Positions 17,807-27,253 of a stretch of DNA of 32,479 nt are shown here, piece by piece. The first letter of the stretch is position 1. Every line of letters begins with the position of its first letter. The notes under the pieces were generated by a model. It was given only the letters and a program-made list of their open reading frames with translations. It did no database searches and was not told the origin of the DNA. A program made the position numbers and the translations under genes. Origin of the DNA: Candidatus Limnocylindrales bacterium (lineage in GTDB: Bacteria > Chloroflexota > Limnocylindria > Limnocylindrales > CSP1-4). The stretch covers positions 1 to 32,479 of the forward strand of contig DATBMM010000118.1 of NCBI GenBank assembly GCA_036554825.1, given 5' to 3'.

Positions 17807-18475
17807 TCAGGCGGTGGGGCGCTCCGAGGCGACCGCCGCACCGGCGATGACCGCGCCGAGCTGGCTCAGGATCCGGGCGGTCGCTCCCCACACCGACAGC
17901 CCATCCACCTCGTAGTGGCCGTAGCGGATCGGCCATCCGCGGACCGTCCGCTCGACCACGCCGAGCGGGGCATCGGGCAGGAACATCGTGACAGGCGGCT
18001 CGACGATGCGGACCACCTCGGCCGGGGCGGCGACGAGCTCGGGCCGGCGGGGTGCCAGCGCGACGACCGGTGTCACCGCGAAGTCGCTGACCGGGATCCA
18101 GAGGCGGTCGAGCACGCCGACGACGCGAACGTCCGCGGCTTGCGCGTCGAGCCCCACCTCTTCGGCTGCCTCGCGGAGGGCCGTGGCCACGGCGTCGGCG
18201 TCATCGGGCTCGGCCTTGCCGCCCGGGAAGCTGACTTCGCCGGAATGATGGCGACCATCGACCGTGGGTCGCTCGATGAGGACGACCCGAGCGTCCGCGG
18301 CGTCGTCCGGGTACAGCAGCACCAGGACCGCTGCCGGCCGCCCACCCGGCGGCGCCCCCGCACCTGGGAAACGCCACGTGCCCCCGTCCGTCCGGACGGG
18401 CATCAGCGCGTCGAGCGGCGACGGCAACGGGTCGGGGAGCGGCTCGAGCCGGGCGGCGATCGCCTCGAACCGCAC
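17807..18475 (-). CDS. Nudix hydrolase, CoA-pyrophosphatase type
   Basis: Nudix box GGKAEPDDADAVATALREAAEEVGL, preceded by VLIERPTVDGRHHSGEVSFPGG (NudL/NUDT7-style upstream motif). The start is taken as GTG 18475, 19 nt after the clpB stop. ORF-track ATG 18580 would overlap clpB. Confidence 0.75.
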   Translation of the reverse strand: MRFEAIAARLEPLPDPLPSPLDALMPVRTDGGTWRFPGAGAPPGGRPAAVLVLLYPDDAADARVVLIERPTVDGRHHSGEVSFPGGKAEPDDADAVATALREAAEEVGLDAQAADVRVVGVLDRLWIPVSDFAVTPVVALAPRRPELVAAPAEVVRIVEPPVTMFLPDAPLGVVERTVRGWPIRYGHYEVDGLSVWGATARILSQLGAVIAGAAVASERPTA

Positions 18476-18494
18476 CGTCGGATCGCCGCCCGGC

Positions 18495-21245
18495 CTAGTT
18501 GACCAGCTCGCCGTCGTCGCGTGGACGACGCGTCGACGGCAGGTCGAGCGGCGAGCTCCGGCGTCCGCGGCCGCCGGCACCGGCCCCGACCGCTTCCTCG
18601 GCCGGCGTCGCCCTGGCGTCGCGGCGGTTGCCCTCGGTCACGACGGTCGCGCCCTCGGTCGAGAACACGAGCGTTCCGGAGGCGAGATCCGCGTCGGCCG
18701 TGATGCGGTCGCCGGGCCGGAACTCGCCGGCGACGAGGGCCCGCGCCAGCGGGTTCTCGACGAGCCGCTGGATCGTCCGCTTGAGCGGTCGGGCGCCGTA
18801 CGCCGGGTCGGTCCCCTCGCGCAGGATGAGGGCCTTGGCGGCGGCCGTCAGCTCGAGCGTCAAGTCCTGATCGGCGAGGCGCCGGTCCAGATCGGCGATG
18901 AGCAGATCGACGATCGCCCCGAGGTCCTCGTCGGTGAGGGCGTGGAACACGATCACCTCGTCGACCCGATTGAGGAACTCGGGCCGGAACTGCGAGCGCA
19001 GCGCCTCGGTGACGTCGCGCTTCATCGCCTCGTACGCCTCGTCGCCGGCGCGTGCGGTGGTCGCCGCGATCGCTGCCGACCCGATGTTGCTGGTCATGAT
19101 CACGACGGTGTTCTTGAAGTCCACCGTCCGGCCCTGACCGTCCGTGAGCCGGCCGTCGTCGAGGACCTGGAGCAGGATGTTGAACACGTCCGGATGCGCC
19201 TTCTCGATCTCGTCCAGGAGCACGACCTGGTACGGCCGGCGCCGGACGGCCTCGGTGAGCTGGCCGCCCTCCTCGTAGCCGACGTAGCCCGGCGGGGCAC
19301 CGACCAGCCGCGACACGGAGAACTTCTCCATGTACTCGCTCATGTCGATGCGGACGAGCGCGGCCTCGTCGTCGAAGAGGAACTGGGCGAGGGCCCTGGC
19401 GAGCTCCGTCTTGCCCACGCCGGTCGGGCCGAGGAACAGGAAGGAGCCGATCGGCCGGCGCGGGTCCTTCAGCCCGGCGCGTGCGCGGCGGACGGCGTCG
19501 GACACCGCCTGGATGGCTTCGTCCTGGCCGACCACCCGCTCGTGGAGGCGCTCCTCCATCTTGATCAGCTTGGCGGTCTCGCCCTCCATGAGGCGACTGA
19601 CCGGGATGCCGGTCCAGGCCGCCACGATGCCGGCGATGTCGTCGGCCCCGACCTCCTCCTTGAGGAGCGCTCCCGGGCCCTGCAGGGCGGCGAGCGAGCC
19701 CTCCTGCTCGGCGAGCGTGTCCTGGAGCTGCTTCTGGGTGCTGTATTTGAGCTCGGCGGCGGTCGCGAAGTCGGCTTCGCGCTCGGCCTGCTCGATGCGC
19801 GTCGCCACCGATTCGAGCTCGGTGCGCGTGGCGCGGATGGCGGCGATGGCCGACGTCTCGGCCTCCCAGCGCTGCTTCAGGCCACCCGACTCCTCCTCGA
19901 GGTCGGCCAGTTCCCTCTCGAGCGCCTCGAGCCGGGTCTTCGAGGCGTCGTCGGTCTCCTTGCGGAGCGCCTCGCGCTCGATCTCGAGCTGGATCCGGCG
20001 GCGCTCGAGTTCGTCGAGCTCGATGGGCATGGAGTCGATCTCCATGCGCAGGCGCGATGCCGCCTCGTCGACCAGGTCGATGGCCTTGTCGGGCAGGAAG
20101 CGGTCGCTGATGTAGCGGTCAGACAAGGTGGCGGCGGCGACCAGCGCGGAATCGGTGATGCGCACGCCGTGGTGGACCTCGTACCGCTCGCGCAGGCCGC
20201 GCAGGATCGAGATCGTCTCCTCGACGGTGGGCTGGTCGACGAGGACCGGCTGGAAGCGTCGCTCGAGGGCGGCGTCCTTCTCGATGTGCTTGCGGTACTC
20301 GTCGAGGGTGGTCGCCCCGATCGTGTGGAGCTCGCCGCGGGCGAGCATCGGCTTGAGCAGGTTGGAGGCGTCCATGGCGCCTTCCGCCGCTCCAGCGCCG
20401 ACGACGGTATGGAGCTCGTCGATGAACAGGATCACCTGGCCGTCGCTGTCCTTGATCTCCTTGAGCACGGCCTTGAGGCGTTCCTCGAACTCCCCGCGGA
20501 ACTTGGCACCGGCGATGAGCGCGCCCAGATCGAGCGCGACGACGCGCTTGCCCTTCAGGCCCTCCGGAACGTCGCCGCGGACGATGCGCTGGGCGAGGCC
20601 CTCGGCGATGGCGGTCTTGCCGACGCCCGGCTCCCCGATGAGCACCGGGTTGTTCTTGGTCCGGCGACTCAGGACCTGGATCACGCGCCGGATCTCGTCA
20701 TCGCGGCCGACGACCGGGTCGAGCTTGCCGGCACGGGCTTCGACCGTGAGGTCGCGACCGTACTTCTCCAGGGCCGCGTAGGTCCCCTCGGGGTTCTGCG
20801 ACGTCACCCGCTGGCCGCCGCGGACGCTCTGCAGCGCCTGGAGGATGGCCTCCTTGCCGGCGGCGTGGCGCTCCAGGAGCGCCTGGGCATCACCGCCGGC
20901 TTCGGCGACGCCCAGCAGCAGGTGCTCCGTCGAGACATATTCGTCGCCCAGCCGGCGCGCCTCGGACTCGGCGCGCTCGATCGATGCCTTTGCCCGCGGG
21001 TCGAGCGATAGCGAGCCGCCCTGGATCCGGGCACGCTTGGCCAGCCCCGCGGCCAGCTCGCCGCGGAACGCGGGCAGGTCGACCCCGAGCCGACGCAGCG
21101 TCTCGGCGGGGATCCCGTCATCGGGCTCCACGAGGGCGCTCAGCAGGTGCTCCGCATCGAGGATCGGGCTCTGGAGGCGCTGGGCGGCCTCCTGGGCCGC
21201 GACGATGGCCTCCTGGGCCTTCTGGGTGAAACGGTCGAGTTGCAT
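18495..21245 (-). CDS. clpB: Chaperone disaggregase ClpB with a roughly 45-55 aa low-complexity C-terminal extension
   Basis: [14 protein letters not shown]... Two AAA modules ([18 protein letters not shown]), a coiled-coil middle domain, and [19 protein letters not shown] at 21245. Confidence 0.95.
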   Translation of the reverse strand: MQLDRFTQKAQEAIVAAQEAAQRLQSPILDAEHLLSALVEPDDGIPAETLRRLGVDLPAFRGELAAGLAKRARIQGGSLSLDPRAKASIERAESEARRLGDEYVSTEHLLLGVAEAGGDAQALLERHAAGKEAILQALQSVRGGQRVTSQNPEGTYAALEKYGRDLTVEARAGKLDPVVGRDDEIRRVIQVLSRRTKNNPVLIGEPGVGKTAIAEGLAQRIVRGDVPEGLKGKRVVALDLGALIAGAKFRGEFEERLKAVLKEIKDSDGQVILFIDELHTVVGAGAAEGAMDASNLLKPMLARGELHTIGATTLDEYRKHIEKDAALERRFQPVLVDQPTVEETISILRGLRERYEVHHGVRITDSALVAAATLSDRYISDRFLPDKAIDLVDEAASRLRMEIDSMPIELDELERRRIQLEIEREALRKETDDASKTRLEALERELADLEEESGGLKQRWEAETSAIAAIRATRTELESVATRIEQAEREADFATAAELKYSTQKQLQDTLAEQEGSLAALQGPGALLKEEVGADDIAGIVAAWTGIPVSRLMEGETAKLIKMEERLHERVVGQDEAIQAVSDAVRRARAGLKDPRRPIGSFLFLGPTGVGKTELARALAQFLFDDEAALVRIDMSEYMEKFSVSRLVGAPPGYVGYEEGGQLTEAVRRRPYQVVLLDEIEKAHPDVFNILLQVLDDGRLTDGQGRTVDFKNTVVIMTSNIGSAAIAATTARAGDEAYEAMKRDVTEALRSQFRPEFLNRVDEVIVFHALTDEDLGAIVDLLIADLDRRLADQDLTLELTAAAKALILREGTDPAYGARPLKRTIQRLVENPLARALVAGEFRPGDRITADADLASGTLVFSTEGATVVTEGNRRDARATPAEEAVGAGAGGRGRRSSPLDLPSTRRPRDDGELVN

Positions 21246-21249
21246 CAGG

Positions 21250-22317
21250 TCAGCTCTCTCGTGCGCGGGGGTTTGGCTGATCGGCGAGATCGAGGAACCG
21301 CTCGGCGGCGGTCCGGGCCTCGGTCGATAGGTCGGTCGGGAGGACGACCTTCGCCTTGACGTAGAGGTCGCCGTGGCCGTCGGCCTTGAAGCGGGGCATG
21401 CCCTGGCCGCTGAGCCGGAAGACGCGACCCGGCTGCGTGCCCGCCGGGATCGTCAGGAGGACCCGGCCCTTCGGCGTGCGGACGTGGACGTCGGCGCCGA
21501 GGAGCGCCTCGCGGAGCGAGATCGGCAGCTCACGCTCCAGGTCGGCACCGCGCCTGGTGAACGTCCGATCGCGTGTCTGGCGGACGACGACGAACAGGTC
21601 GCCGCCGCCCGGTGCCTTCCCGGTCAGCCGGATGCGGCTGCCCGTGTCGGCGCCCTTCGGGATGCTCACCTCCAGCCGCTTGCCGTCGACCTCCACGAGA
21701 CGGGTCGTGCCGTGGTACGCCTCATCGAGCGTGATCTCGGCGACGGCCTCGGCAGACGGCTTGGGGGCGGCGGTCACCCGACCGCCGCCGGCCGGACGAG
21801 ACGCGCGGGCGGACCCGTCGAGCTCCATGCCCATGCTCGCCAGGATCTCCTCGATCGTCTGGCCGCGCCCGCCGCTCGCGGCGCGCGACGTGCCGGCACC
21901 GGCCGCCGCGCCGCCGAAGAACGCCTGGAAGAAGTCGCTGAATTCGCCGGCGTCACCGGTCGTGCGGAATTCGTAGCGGACGTTGCCGCCCTGACCGCCG
22001 TAGCCGGCGAAGCCCGCGAACGGGTCGCCGCCCGACCGGGCGCGGCTGGCCGCGCCGGCGGCGCCCGGCGCTGCGGCGCCGGCCCGGGCATACGCCTCCC
22101 AGTCCTTGCCGAGGCGGTCGTAGAGGGCGCGCTTGTCCGGATCGGACAGCACGGCGTTGGCCTCATTGACCGCCTTGAACCGGCGCTCCGCCTCGGCGTC
22201 ACCCTTGTTCTGGTCGGGATGATGCTCGCGCGCCGCCTTCCGGAACGCCTTCTTGATGTCTGCCTGCGAAGCGGTCCTCGGCACACCAAGGACCGCGTAG
22301 TAGTCCTGGAACTCCAT
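21250..22317 (-). CDS. cbpA: Class B J-protein (CbpA-like DnaJ homologue; no zinc-finger CxxCxGxG repeats)
   Basis: J-domain [33 protein letters not shown]. Gly/Ala/Phe-rich linker followed by two beta-sandwich C-terminal domains ([26 protein letters not shown]). No Cys repeats. The stop lies 4 nt before the clpB ATG. Confidence 0.85.
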   Translation of the reverse strand: MEFQDYYAVLGVPRTASQADIKKAFRKAAREHHPDQNKGDAEAERRFKAVNEANAVLSDPDKRALYDRLGKDWEAYARAGAAAPGAAGAASRARSGGDPFAGFAGYGGQGGNVRYEFRTTGDAGEFSDFFQAFFGGAAAGAGTSRAASGGRGQTIEEILASMGMELDGSARASRPAGGGRVTAAPKPSAEAVAEITLDEAYHGTTRLVEVDGKRLEVSIPKGADTGSRIRLTGKAPGGGDLFVVVRQTRDRTFTRRGADLERELPISLREALLGADVHVRTPKGRVLLTIPAGTQPGRVFRLSGQGMPRFKADGHGDLYVKAKVVLPTDLSTEARTAAERFLDLADQPNPRARES

Positions 22318-22369
22318 GGCAGCCTACTGCCCTACGGCGTAGTGAACTGCGCAGTCGCAGATCCCATCG

Positions 22370-24865
22370 TCAGTGGCTCTCCACCACGACGGGGGGCTGT
22401 TCGGTGGGTGGGAAATTCGTCCGGCGGACCGGGCCCTCGGGCTCCGGCTCGATCGGATCGCTGCCCTTGACGATCTTCGGTGGCTCGGTCTCGAGGGCCT
22501 TCGGCTTGCGCCGAAGGGCCGCCTCGAGCACCTGGTCCATCGACTCGACGAGGACGAGCTTCATCGACTTGCGGATCTCGTCGGGGATGTCCCGCAGGTC
22601 CTTCTCGTTCTTCCTGGGGATGATCACGGTCTTCGCGCCCGACAGGTGGGCGGCGAGGATCTTGCTCTTCAGCCCGCCGATCGGCAGCACGCGACCGCGC
22701 AGCGTGATCTCGCCCGTCATCGCGACGTCCTTGCGGACGGGGATGCCGGTGAGCGCGCTGACCACCGCGGTCGCCATCGTGATGCCGGCCGACGGCCCGT
22801 CCTTGGGGATGGCCCCCGCCGGGACGTGGATGTGCAGGGTGTTCTTCTCGAAGACGTCACGGGCGATGCCGAGCTCGCGCGCGTGTGCCCGCGTCCACGA
22901 CAGGCCGGCCCGCGCGCTCTCGCGCATCACCTCGCCCAGCTGGCCGGTGAGGATGAAGTCCTCCTTGCCCTCCATGCGGGTGACCTCGATCGCGACGACG
23001 TCGCCACCGACCTCGGTCACGACCAGACCCGTGGCCGAACCGACCTGGTCCTCCGCCTCGAGCTCGCCGTACTCGAAGCGCTGCGGACCGAGGAACTCGG
23101 CCAGCTTCTTCTGGTCGACGACCGTCTTGCGCTTGCGGCCCTCGGCGACCTGCCGCGCCACCTTGCGCATGACGTTGGCGATCTCACGCTCGAGGTTCCG
23201 GACGCCGGCCTCGTGCGTGTACGAGCGGACGAGCTCGGTCATGGCCTCGTCGGTGATGCCGATCGTCTTCTCGGACAGACCGTGGTTCTTCATCTGCTTG
23301 GGGATGAGGAACCGCTTGCCGATCTCGATCTTCTCCTGCTCGGTGTAGCCGGGCAGCTGGACGATCTCCATCCGGTCGCGCAACGGCGCCGGGATCGGGT
23401 CGAGCAGGTTGGCCGTGGCGATGAAGAGGGTCTTGCTCAGATCGAACGGCACCTCCAGGTAGTTGTCCTGGAACGTGTTGTTCTGCTCCGGGTCGAGCAC
23501 CTCGAGCAGCGCGGACGACGGGTCACCCCGGAAGTCCATGCCGATCTTGTCGACCTCGTCGAGCATGAACACCGGGTTGTTCGACCCAGCGGTCTTGATG
23601 CTCTGGATGATGCGGCCGGGCAGCGCGCCGATGTAGGTGCGCCGGTGGCCGCGGATCTCCGCCTCGTCGTGGATGCCACCGAGGCTCATCCGCACGAACT
23701 TACGGCCCATCGCCTGGGCGATGGACTTGCCCAGGCTCGTCTTTCCCACGCCGGGGGGCCCGACGAAGGCGAGGATCGGGCTGCGGATCTCGTCCGCGAG
23801 CGTGCGCACCGCGAGGTACTCGAGGATGCGCTCCTTGATCTTCTCGAGGCCGTAGTGGTCGTCCTCGAGGACCCGGGCGGCTTCCGTGATGTCGAGCTGG
23901 TCGTCGGTCGACACGTTCCACGGCAGACCGATCAGCCAATCGACGTACGTGCGGATGACGCCGACCTCGGGCGAGGCCGAGGGGATCCGGCTCATCCGGT
24001 CGATCTCCTTGATCGCCCGGGCCTTGATCTCCTCCGGCATACCGGCGGCCTCGACCTTCTCGCGCAGCTCGTTGATCTCGGCCTGCTGGGGGTCGTCCTC
24101 ACCGAGCTCGCGCTGGATCGCCTTGAGCTGTTCGCGGAGGATGTACTCGCGCTGGGTCTTGTCCATCTCCGACTTGACCTCGGACTGGATGCGACCCTTG
24201 AGCTCGAGGATCTCGACCTGGTTGGCGAGGACGTTCGAGACGAGCTTCAGGCGCTCGGTGACGTCGATCGTCTCGAGCAACTCCTGGCGTTGTTCGGTCG
24301 ACATGTCGGGGCTGTACGCCACCATGTCGGCGAGCAGGCCGGGCTCGGTGATGTTGCGGGCAGCGACGGCCGCCTCGGGCGGCACCGGGGCCCCGTTGGC
24401 CACGTACTGCTCGATCTGGGCCTGGACCGTGCGCATGAGCGCCTGGACCTCGAGGCCGTCGGGCGACTCGTCGGGGAGTTCCTCGATGGACGCGCGCAGG
24501 TAGGGGTCGGTCTGGGTGAAGCCACGCAGGCGCAGCCGCGATTGGCCCTGGACGATGGCGCGGACGGTGCCGTCCTGGAGCTGGACGACCTGCGCGATCT
24601 TGGCCAGCGTGCCGATGCCGTACAGCTCGGAGGTCTCGTTGATGTCCTCCTGCTCGGCCTGGCGTTGGGTGACGAGCGCGATAGGTCCGCCCTCGGTCAC
24701 CGCCGCGTTGAGGGCGTTGACGCTCTTCTCGCGCCCCACCTGGAGCGGGACGATCATCTCCGGGAAGATGACGGTCTCGCGGAGGGCGACGAGCGGGAGC
24801 TCGCGGACCGTCTCGGCGGTCTCGTCGGGTGTCTGATCGACCGGTTCGGACGGTCGCTTGGCCAT
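22370..24865 (-). CDS. lon: ATP-dependent Lon protease (LonA)
   Basis: LON N-domain ([26 protein letters not shown]), AAA+ motif GPPGVGKTS, and the protease Ser site ([13 protein letters not shown]). ATG at 24865, 7 nt after AGGAG. Confidence 0.95.
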   Translation of the reverse strand: MAKRPSEPVDQTPDETAETVRELPLVALRETVIFPEMIVPLQVGREKSVNALNAAVTEGGPIALVTQRQAEQEDINETSELYGIGTLAKIAQVVQLQDGTVRAIVQGQSRLRLRGFTQTDPYLRASIEELPDESPDGLEVQALMRTVQAQIEQYVANGAPVPPEAAVAARNITEPGLLADMVAYSPDMSTEQRQELLETIDVTERLKLVSNVLANQVEILELKGRIQSEVKSEMDKTQREYILREQLKAIQRELGEDDPQQAEINELREKVEAAGMPEEIKARAIKEIDRMSRIPSASPEVGVIRTYVDWLIGLPWNVSTDDQLDITEAARVLEDDHYGLEKIKERILEYLAVRTLADEIRSPILAFVGPPGVGKTSLGKSIAQAMGRKFVRMSLGGIHDEAEIRGHRRTYIGALPGRIIQSIKTAGSNNPVFMLDEVDKIGMDFRGDPSSALLEVLDPEQNNTFQDNYLEVPFDLSKTLFIATANLLDPIPAPLRDRMEIVQLPGYTEQEKIEIGKRFLIPKQMKNHGLSEKTIGITDEAMTELVRSYTHEAGVRNLEREIANVMRKVARQVAEGRKRKTVVDQKKLAEFLGPQRFEYGELEAEDQVGSATGLVVTEVGGDVVAIEVTRMEGKEDFILTGQLGEVMRESARAGLSWTRAHARELGIARDVFEKNTLHIHVPAGAIPKDGPSAGITMATAVVSALTGIPVRKDVAMTGEITLRGRVLPIGGLKSKILAAHLSGAKTVIIPRKNEKDLRDIPDEIRKSMKLVLVESMDQVLEAALRRKPKALETEPPKIVKGSDPIEPEPEGPVRRTNFPPTEQPPVVVESH

Positions 24866-24893
24866 CGGGATCTCCTGACGTTCAGCGTTCGAT

Positions 24894-24918
24894 GTCGGCG
24901 GGGCGGCGCCCCGCCGAC
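24894..24918 (-). other. Perfect 11-bp GC-rich stem with a 3-nt loop between hspR and lon
   Basis: GTCGGCGGGGC-ggc-GCCCCGCCGAC, read directly. It lies in the 75-nt hspR-lon gap, about 28 nt upstream of the lon ATG. No U-tract follows in the minus sense. Confidence 0.6.
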
Positions 24919-24940
24919 GGATGGTTCGACGGTCGGTCGG

Positions 24941-25306
24941 TCAACGGTCGGCCGTCGATCGATCGAGTTCGGTTGGCTTGGCGGTCCGGGTGGGGGAGGC
25001 ATCGCCGGTCCCCTCGGCGTACAACGCCTCGAGGATGCGGGCGCCGAGGCGCTCCTCCAGCTCGAACAGGATGCGGATGCCGGCGAGATTCACGCCGCGC
25101 TCCCGCGTGAGGTGCCGGATCCAGAGGATCCGGCGGATGTCGTTCTCGCTATAGAGCCGGATGTTGGTGGGCGTCCGCGCCGGGCAGAGGAGCCCCTCGT
25201 CCTCGTAGATCCGCAGCGTTCGTGGATGCGCGGAGACGATGCTCGCGGCCACGCTGATGACGTAGACCGGTCGCGAGGGGTCGCGCTCGGCGCGCGGCGC
25301 CACCAC
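24941..25306 (-). CDS. hspR: MerR-family heat-shock repressor HspR
   Basis: HTH region: YVISVAASIVSAHPRTLRIYEDEGLLCPARTPTNIRLYSENDIRRILWIRHLTRERGVNLAGIRILFELE. The start is uncertain. GTG 25306 (or 25303) lies 4 nt after the hsp20 stop. ATG 25375 would overlap hsp20 by 65 nt. Confidence 0.85.
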   Translation of the reverse strand: MVAPRAERDPSRPVYVISVAASIVSAHPRTLRIYEDEGLLCPARTPTNIRLYSENDIRRILWIRHLTRERGVNLAGIRILFELEERLGARILEALYAEGTGDASPTRTAKPTELDRSTADR

Positions 25307-25310
25307 CGCG

Positions 25311-25826
25311 TCAGGCCGGAGACTGGGTCGACTCGCTGGCGGTGTCGCCGGTCGAGCCGTTCGTGGACTGGCCATCGATGGTCGGGCTGATGCGGATCTG
25401 CCGCGGCTTGACGGCCTCGGCTCGCGGGAACGTGAGTCGGAGCACGCCGTTCTCGAACGTGGCGGTCGCCTTGTCGGCCTCCAGGCCGGTCGGCAACGTC
25501 ACCGTCCGGCTCATCGAGCCCCGGCGGATCTCCTTGATGATCGCCTCGCCCTCGGTCTCCTCGCGCTCGTCGGACGACTCGGCGCGGATCGTCAGGGTGC
25601 CGTCCTCCACGGTGATATCCACATCCTCGGGACGGATGCCCGGCAGCGCGGCCTCGACGAGGAGCGCCTCCGGGGTGCTCGTGACGTCGAGCGGCAAGCC
25701 CCCGCCCATGTCGGCGGTGAGCCCCCAGCCGCGGGGACGCACGAAGCTGTCCTCGAAGAGCCGATCCATCGCCTGGCGCAGCGAGACGAGCTCGTTGATC
25801 GGCGACGTGCGGCGCACGAGAGTCAT
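25311..25826 (-). CDS. Small heat-shock protein (Hsp20/alpha-crystallin family)
   Basis: Alpha-crystallin domain: LPLDVTSTPEALLVEAALPGIRPEDVDITVEDGTLTIRAE...ATFENGVLRLTFPR. The ATG at 25826 sits 8 nt after AGGAGG (25835-25840). ORF-track GTG 25835 abuts the SD and is unlikely. Confidence 0.9.
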   Translation of the reverse strand: MTLVRRTSPINELVSLRQAMDRLFEDSFVRPRGWGLTADMGGGLPLDVTSTPEALLVEAALPGIRPEDVDITVEDGTLTIRAESSDEREETEGEAIIKEIRRGSMSRTVTLPTGLEADKATATFENGVLRLTFPRAEAVKPRQIRISPTIDGQSTNGSTGDTASESTQSPA

Positions 25827-25890
25827 GTCATGCACCTCCTGTGATGCGATCCCGGCGTCGGTCGACGGCCGGGGTGATGGACATGACTGG

Positions 25891-25921
25891 ATGCTAGAAC
25901 CCTGACAATGATGTTGTCAAG
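25891..25921 (-). promoter_or_regulatory. Sigma-70-type promoter (TTGACA-N18-TAGCAT) overlapped by a HAIR-like inverted repeat CTTGACA-N7-TGTCAGG
   Basis: The minus strand reads tcTTGACAacatcattgtcagggttcTAGCAT. The inverted repeat (plus-strand 25901-25921: CCTGACA atgatgt TGTCAAG) matches 6 of 7 positions per arm. It shares the CTTGA/TCAAG ends and the 7-nt spacer of the HspR operator consensus CTTGAGT-N7-ACTCAAG. It lies 65-95 nt upstream of the hsp20 ATG in an AT-rich patch. Confidence 0.6.
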
Positions 25922-26026
25922 AGTCCGGGGCGCCTCGTTGGATGAAGTCCTGCTTTTCGAGCCGGACGCTCGGGGCGCGCCCGGTGCGGCAGTCTCGTTC
26001 TGGACTCGGGCTCGGGCCGACCGGCG

Positions 26027-26707
26027 TCAGCCGGCTGCGGTCGCCTCGGGGTCGCCGATGAGCTGGCCGTGGAGCAGGTCCTCGCACTCCTGCTTGCCGA
26101 TGGCGATGACCTTGTCGCCCTCGCGCAGGACGGTGTCCGGGCGGAGTGGCGAGGCCACGCCATCGCGGATGACCGCGAACAGGGAGCAGCCCTCCGGGAT
26201 CTCGAGGTCGCGCGGCGCCCGACCGATCGCCGGCGAGCCCGGCTGCAGGTGCGCCTCGATGAGCTCGAGCTCGCCCTCGCCCAGCGCGGCGAGGTGGAGC
26301 AGCTCGTGGACCGGGATGTCCTGCTCGATCGAGCCCAGGATCATCCGGGTCGGGCTGATGAGCTCGTCGACGCCGAGGTGCCTGAACAGCGTTTCGTTCT
26401 TCGGGTTGTTGACGCGGGCGATGGTCCGCGGCACGTCGAAGTGGTGCTTGGCCATCTGGCAGATGACGAGGTTGTCCTCGTCGTCGCCGGTCACCGCGGC
26501 CACCACGTCGGCCCGGTTCGAGCCGGCCTCGCCGAGATACTTGCCCTCGCAGCCATCATGCGCGATGACGATCGACCCGATCTCGTCGGCGATCTGGCGC
26601 GCCCGCTCCGGGTCCTTTTCCATGAGGGCCACCTCGTGGCCCGAGTCGAGCAGCTCCTTGGCCAGGTAGTACCCGACCTTCCCACCACCGACCACCAGGA
26701 CGAACAC
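26027..26707 (-). CDS. trkA: TrkA/KtrA-type RCK protein (RCK_N plus RCK_C)
   Basis: GTG at 26707, 8 nt after GGAGG and 3 nt after the upstream stop. Rossmann motif VVGGGKVGYYLAKEL. The C-terminal TrkA_C-like half contains IRDGVASPLRPDTVLREGDKVIAIG. Confidence 0.85.
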   Translation of the reverse strand: MFVLVVGGGKVGYYLAKELLDSGHEVALMEKDPERARQIADEIGSIVIAHDGCEGKYLGEAGSNRADVVAAVTGDDEDNLVICQMAKHHFDVPRTIARVNNPKNETLFRHLGVDELISPTRMILGSIEQDIPVHELLHLAALGEGELELIEAHLQPGSPAIGRAPRDLEIPEGCSLFAVIRDGVASPLRPDTVLREGDKVIAIGKQECEDLLHGQLIGDPEATAAG

Positions 26708-26710
26708 GAT

Positions 26711-27253
26711 CTAGGCCTCCATCGACGCGCCCGGCGCCGCCGGCACGGGGCCGGCGCCCGAGGGCGCGTCGCTCTGCTGGGACGTGGACGGGGAGTGATG
26801 GTCACCGCCCGGATGGTGACCGCTCGCGTCGAGCATGCCCGCCAGCCCGGATGACGGGAACCCGAGGTGCGCGTTGACGGCATCGACCATCAGACCCGTG
26901 CGGCACAACGTGGCGATGCCGAGCTCGGCGTAGGCAGCGGCGCGGACCGGGTCGTTGATCTTGGCGATGACACGCGGGACCCCGAACGCCTCGACCGCGA
27001 GCTGGGCCGCCATGACGTTGCGGTTGTCGCCCTCGGTCAGGGCCAGGAAGATGTCGGCGCCTTCCGCCCCAGCACGGCGGAGGACGTCCTCGTCCGTGCC
27101 ATCACCGCGGACCGCCGTCCCGCCGAAGCCCGACGGCAGCCGCTCGAACGCCCGCGTCGAAATGTCCAGCACGATGACCTCGTGGCCAGCCTTGCTCCAA
27201 AGCTCGGCGGCCGACGCGCCGACGCGCCCGCAGCCCACGATGACGATCTTCAT
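26711..27253 (-). CDS. RCK_N-only TrkA-like protein with a His/Pro/Ser-rich tail in place of RCK_C
   Basis: The ATG at 27253 (MKIVIVGCGRVGASAAELW...) overlaps the USP stop as ATGA, with a GAGGAA SD. After about 135 aa of RCK_N the sequence becomes GHHPGGDHHSPSTSQQSDAPSGAGPVPAAPGASMEA. Confidence 0.8.
   Translation of the reverse strand: MKIVIVGCGRVGASAAELWSKAGHEVIVLDISTRAFERLPSGFGGTAVRGDGTDEDVLRRAGAEGADIFLALTEGDNRNVMAAQLAVEAFGVPRVIAKINDPVRAAAYAELGIATLCRTGLMVDAVNAHLGFPSSGLAGMLDASGHHPGGDHHSPSTSQQSDAPSGAGPVPAAPGASMEA

Noticed and set aside
22318-22369. Two 5-bp hairpins (GGCAG-ccta-CTGCC and CTGCG-cagt-CGCAG) between lon and the cbpA-like gene, considered as a terminator or a second HspR site
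   Set aside because: The stems are short, there is no U-tract, and there is no CTTGA...TCAAG-type repeat. They cannot be distinguished from chance in GC-rich DNA.
22373-25390. 1005-aa plus-strand ORF, with similar giant ORFs at 18264..21011 (+), 9178..10989 (+), 13279..14988 (+), 16149..17915 (+), 5697..8213 (-), 4088..5479 (-), 3319..4374 (-) and 215..1357 (-)
   Set aside because: Each lies antisense or out of frame to a gene with unmistakable conserved motifs (lon, clpB, GMC, purH, vWA, Fgd/MFS, M20, MFS, LLM/cupin). Their translations are Arg/Gly/Pro/Asp-rich low-complexity strings, typical of stop-codon-poor alternative frames in very GC-rich DNA.
25954-25972. Hairpin CGAGC-cggac-GCTCG with an adjacent T4 run, between trkA and the hsp20 promoter
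   Set aside because: On the minus (transcribed) strand the run is AAAA after the stem, and on the plus strand the T-run precedes the stem. It is therefore not a canonical intrinsic terminator in either direction, and the stem is only 5 bp.
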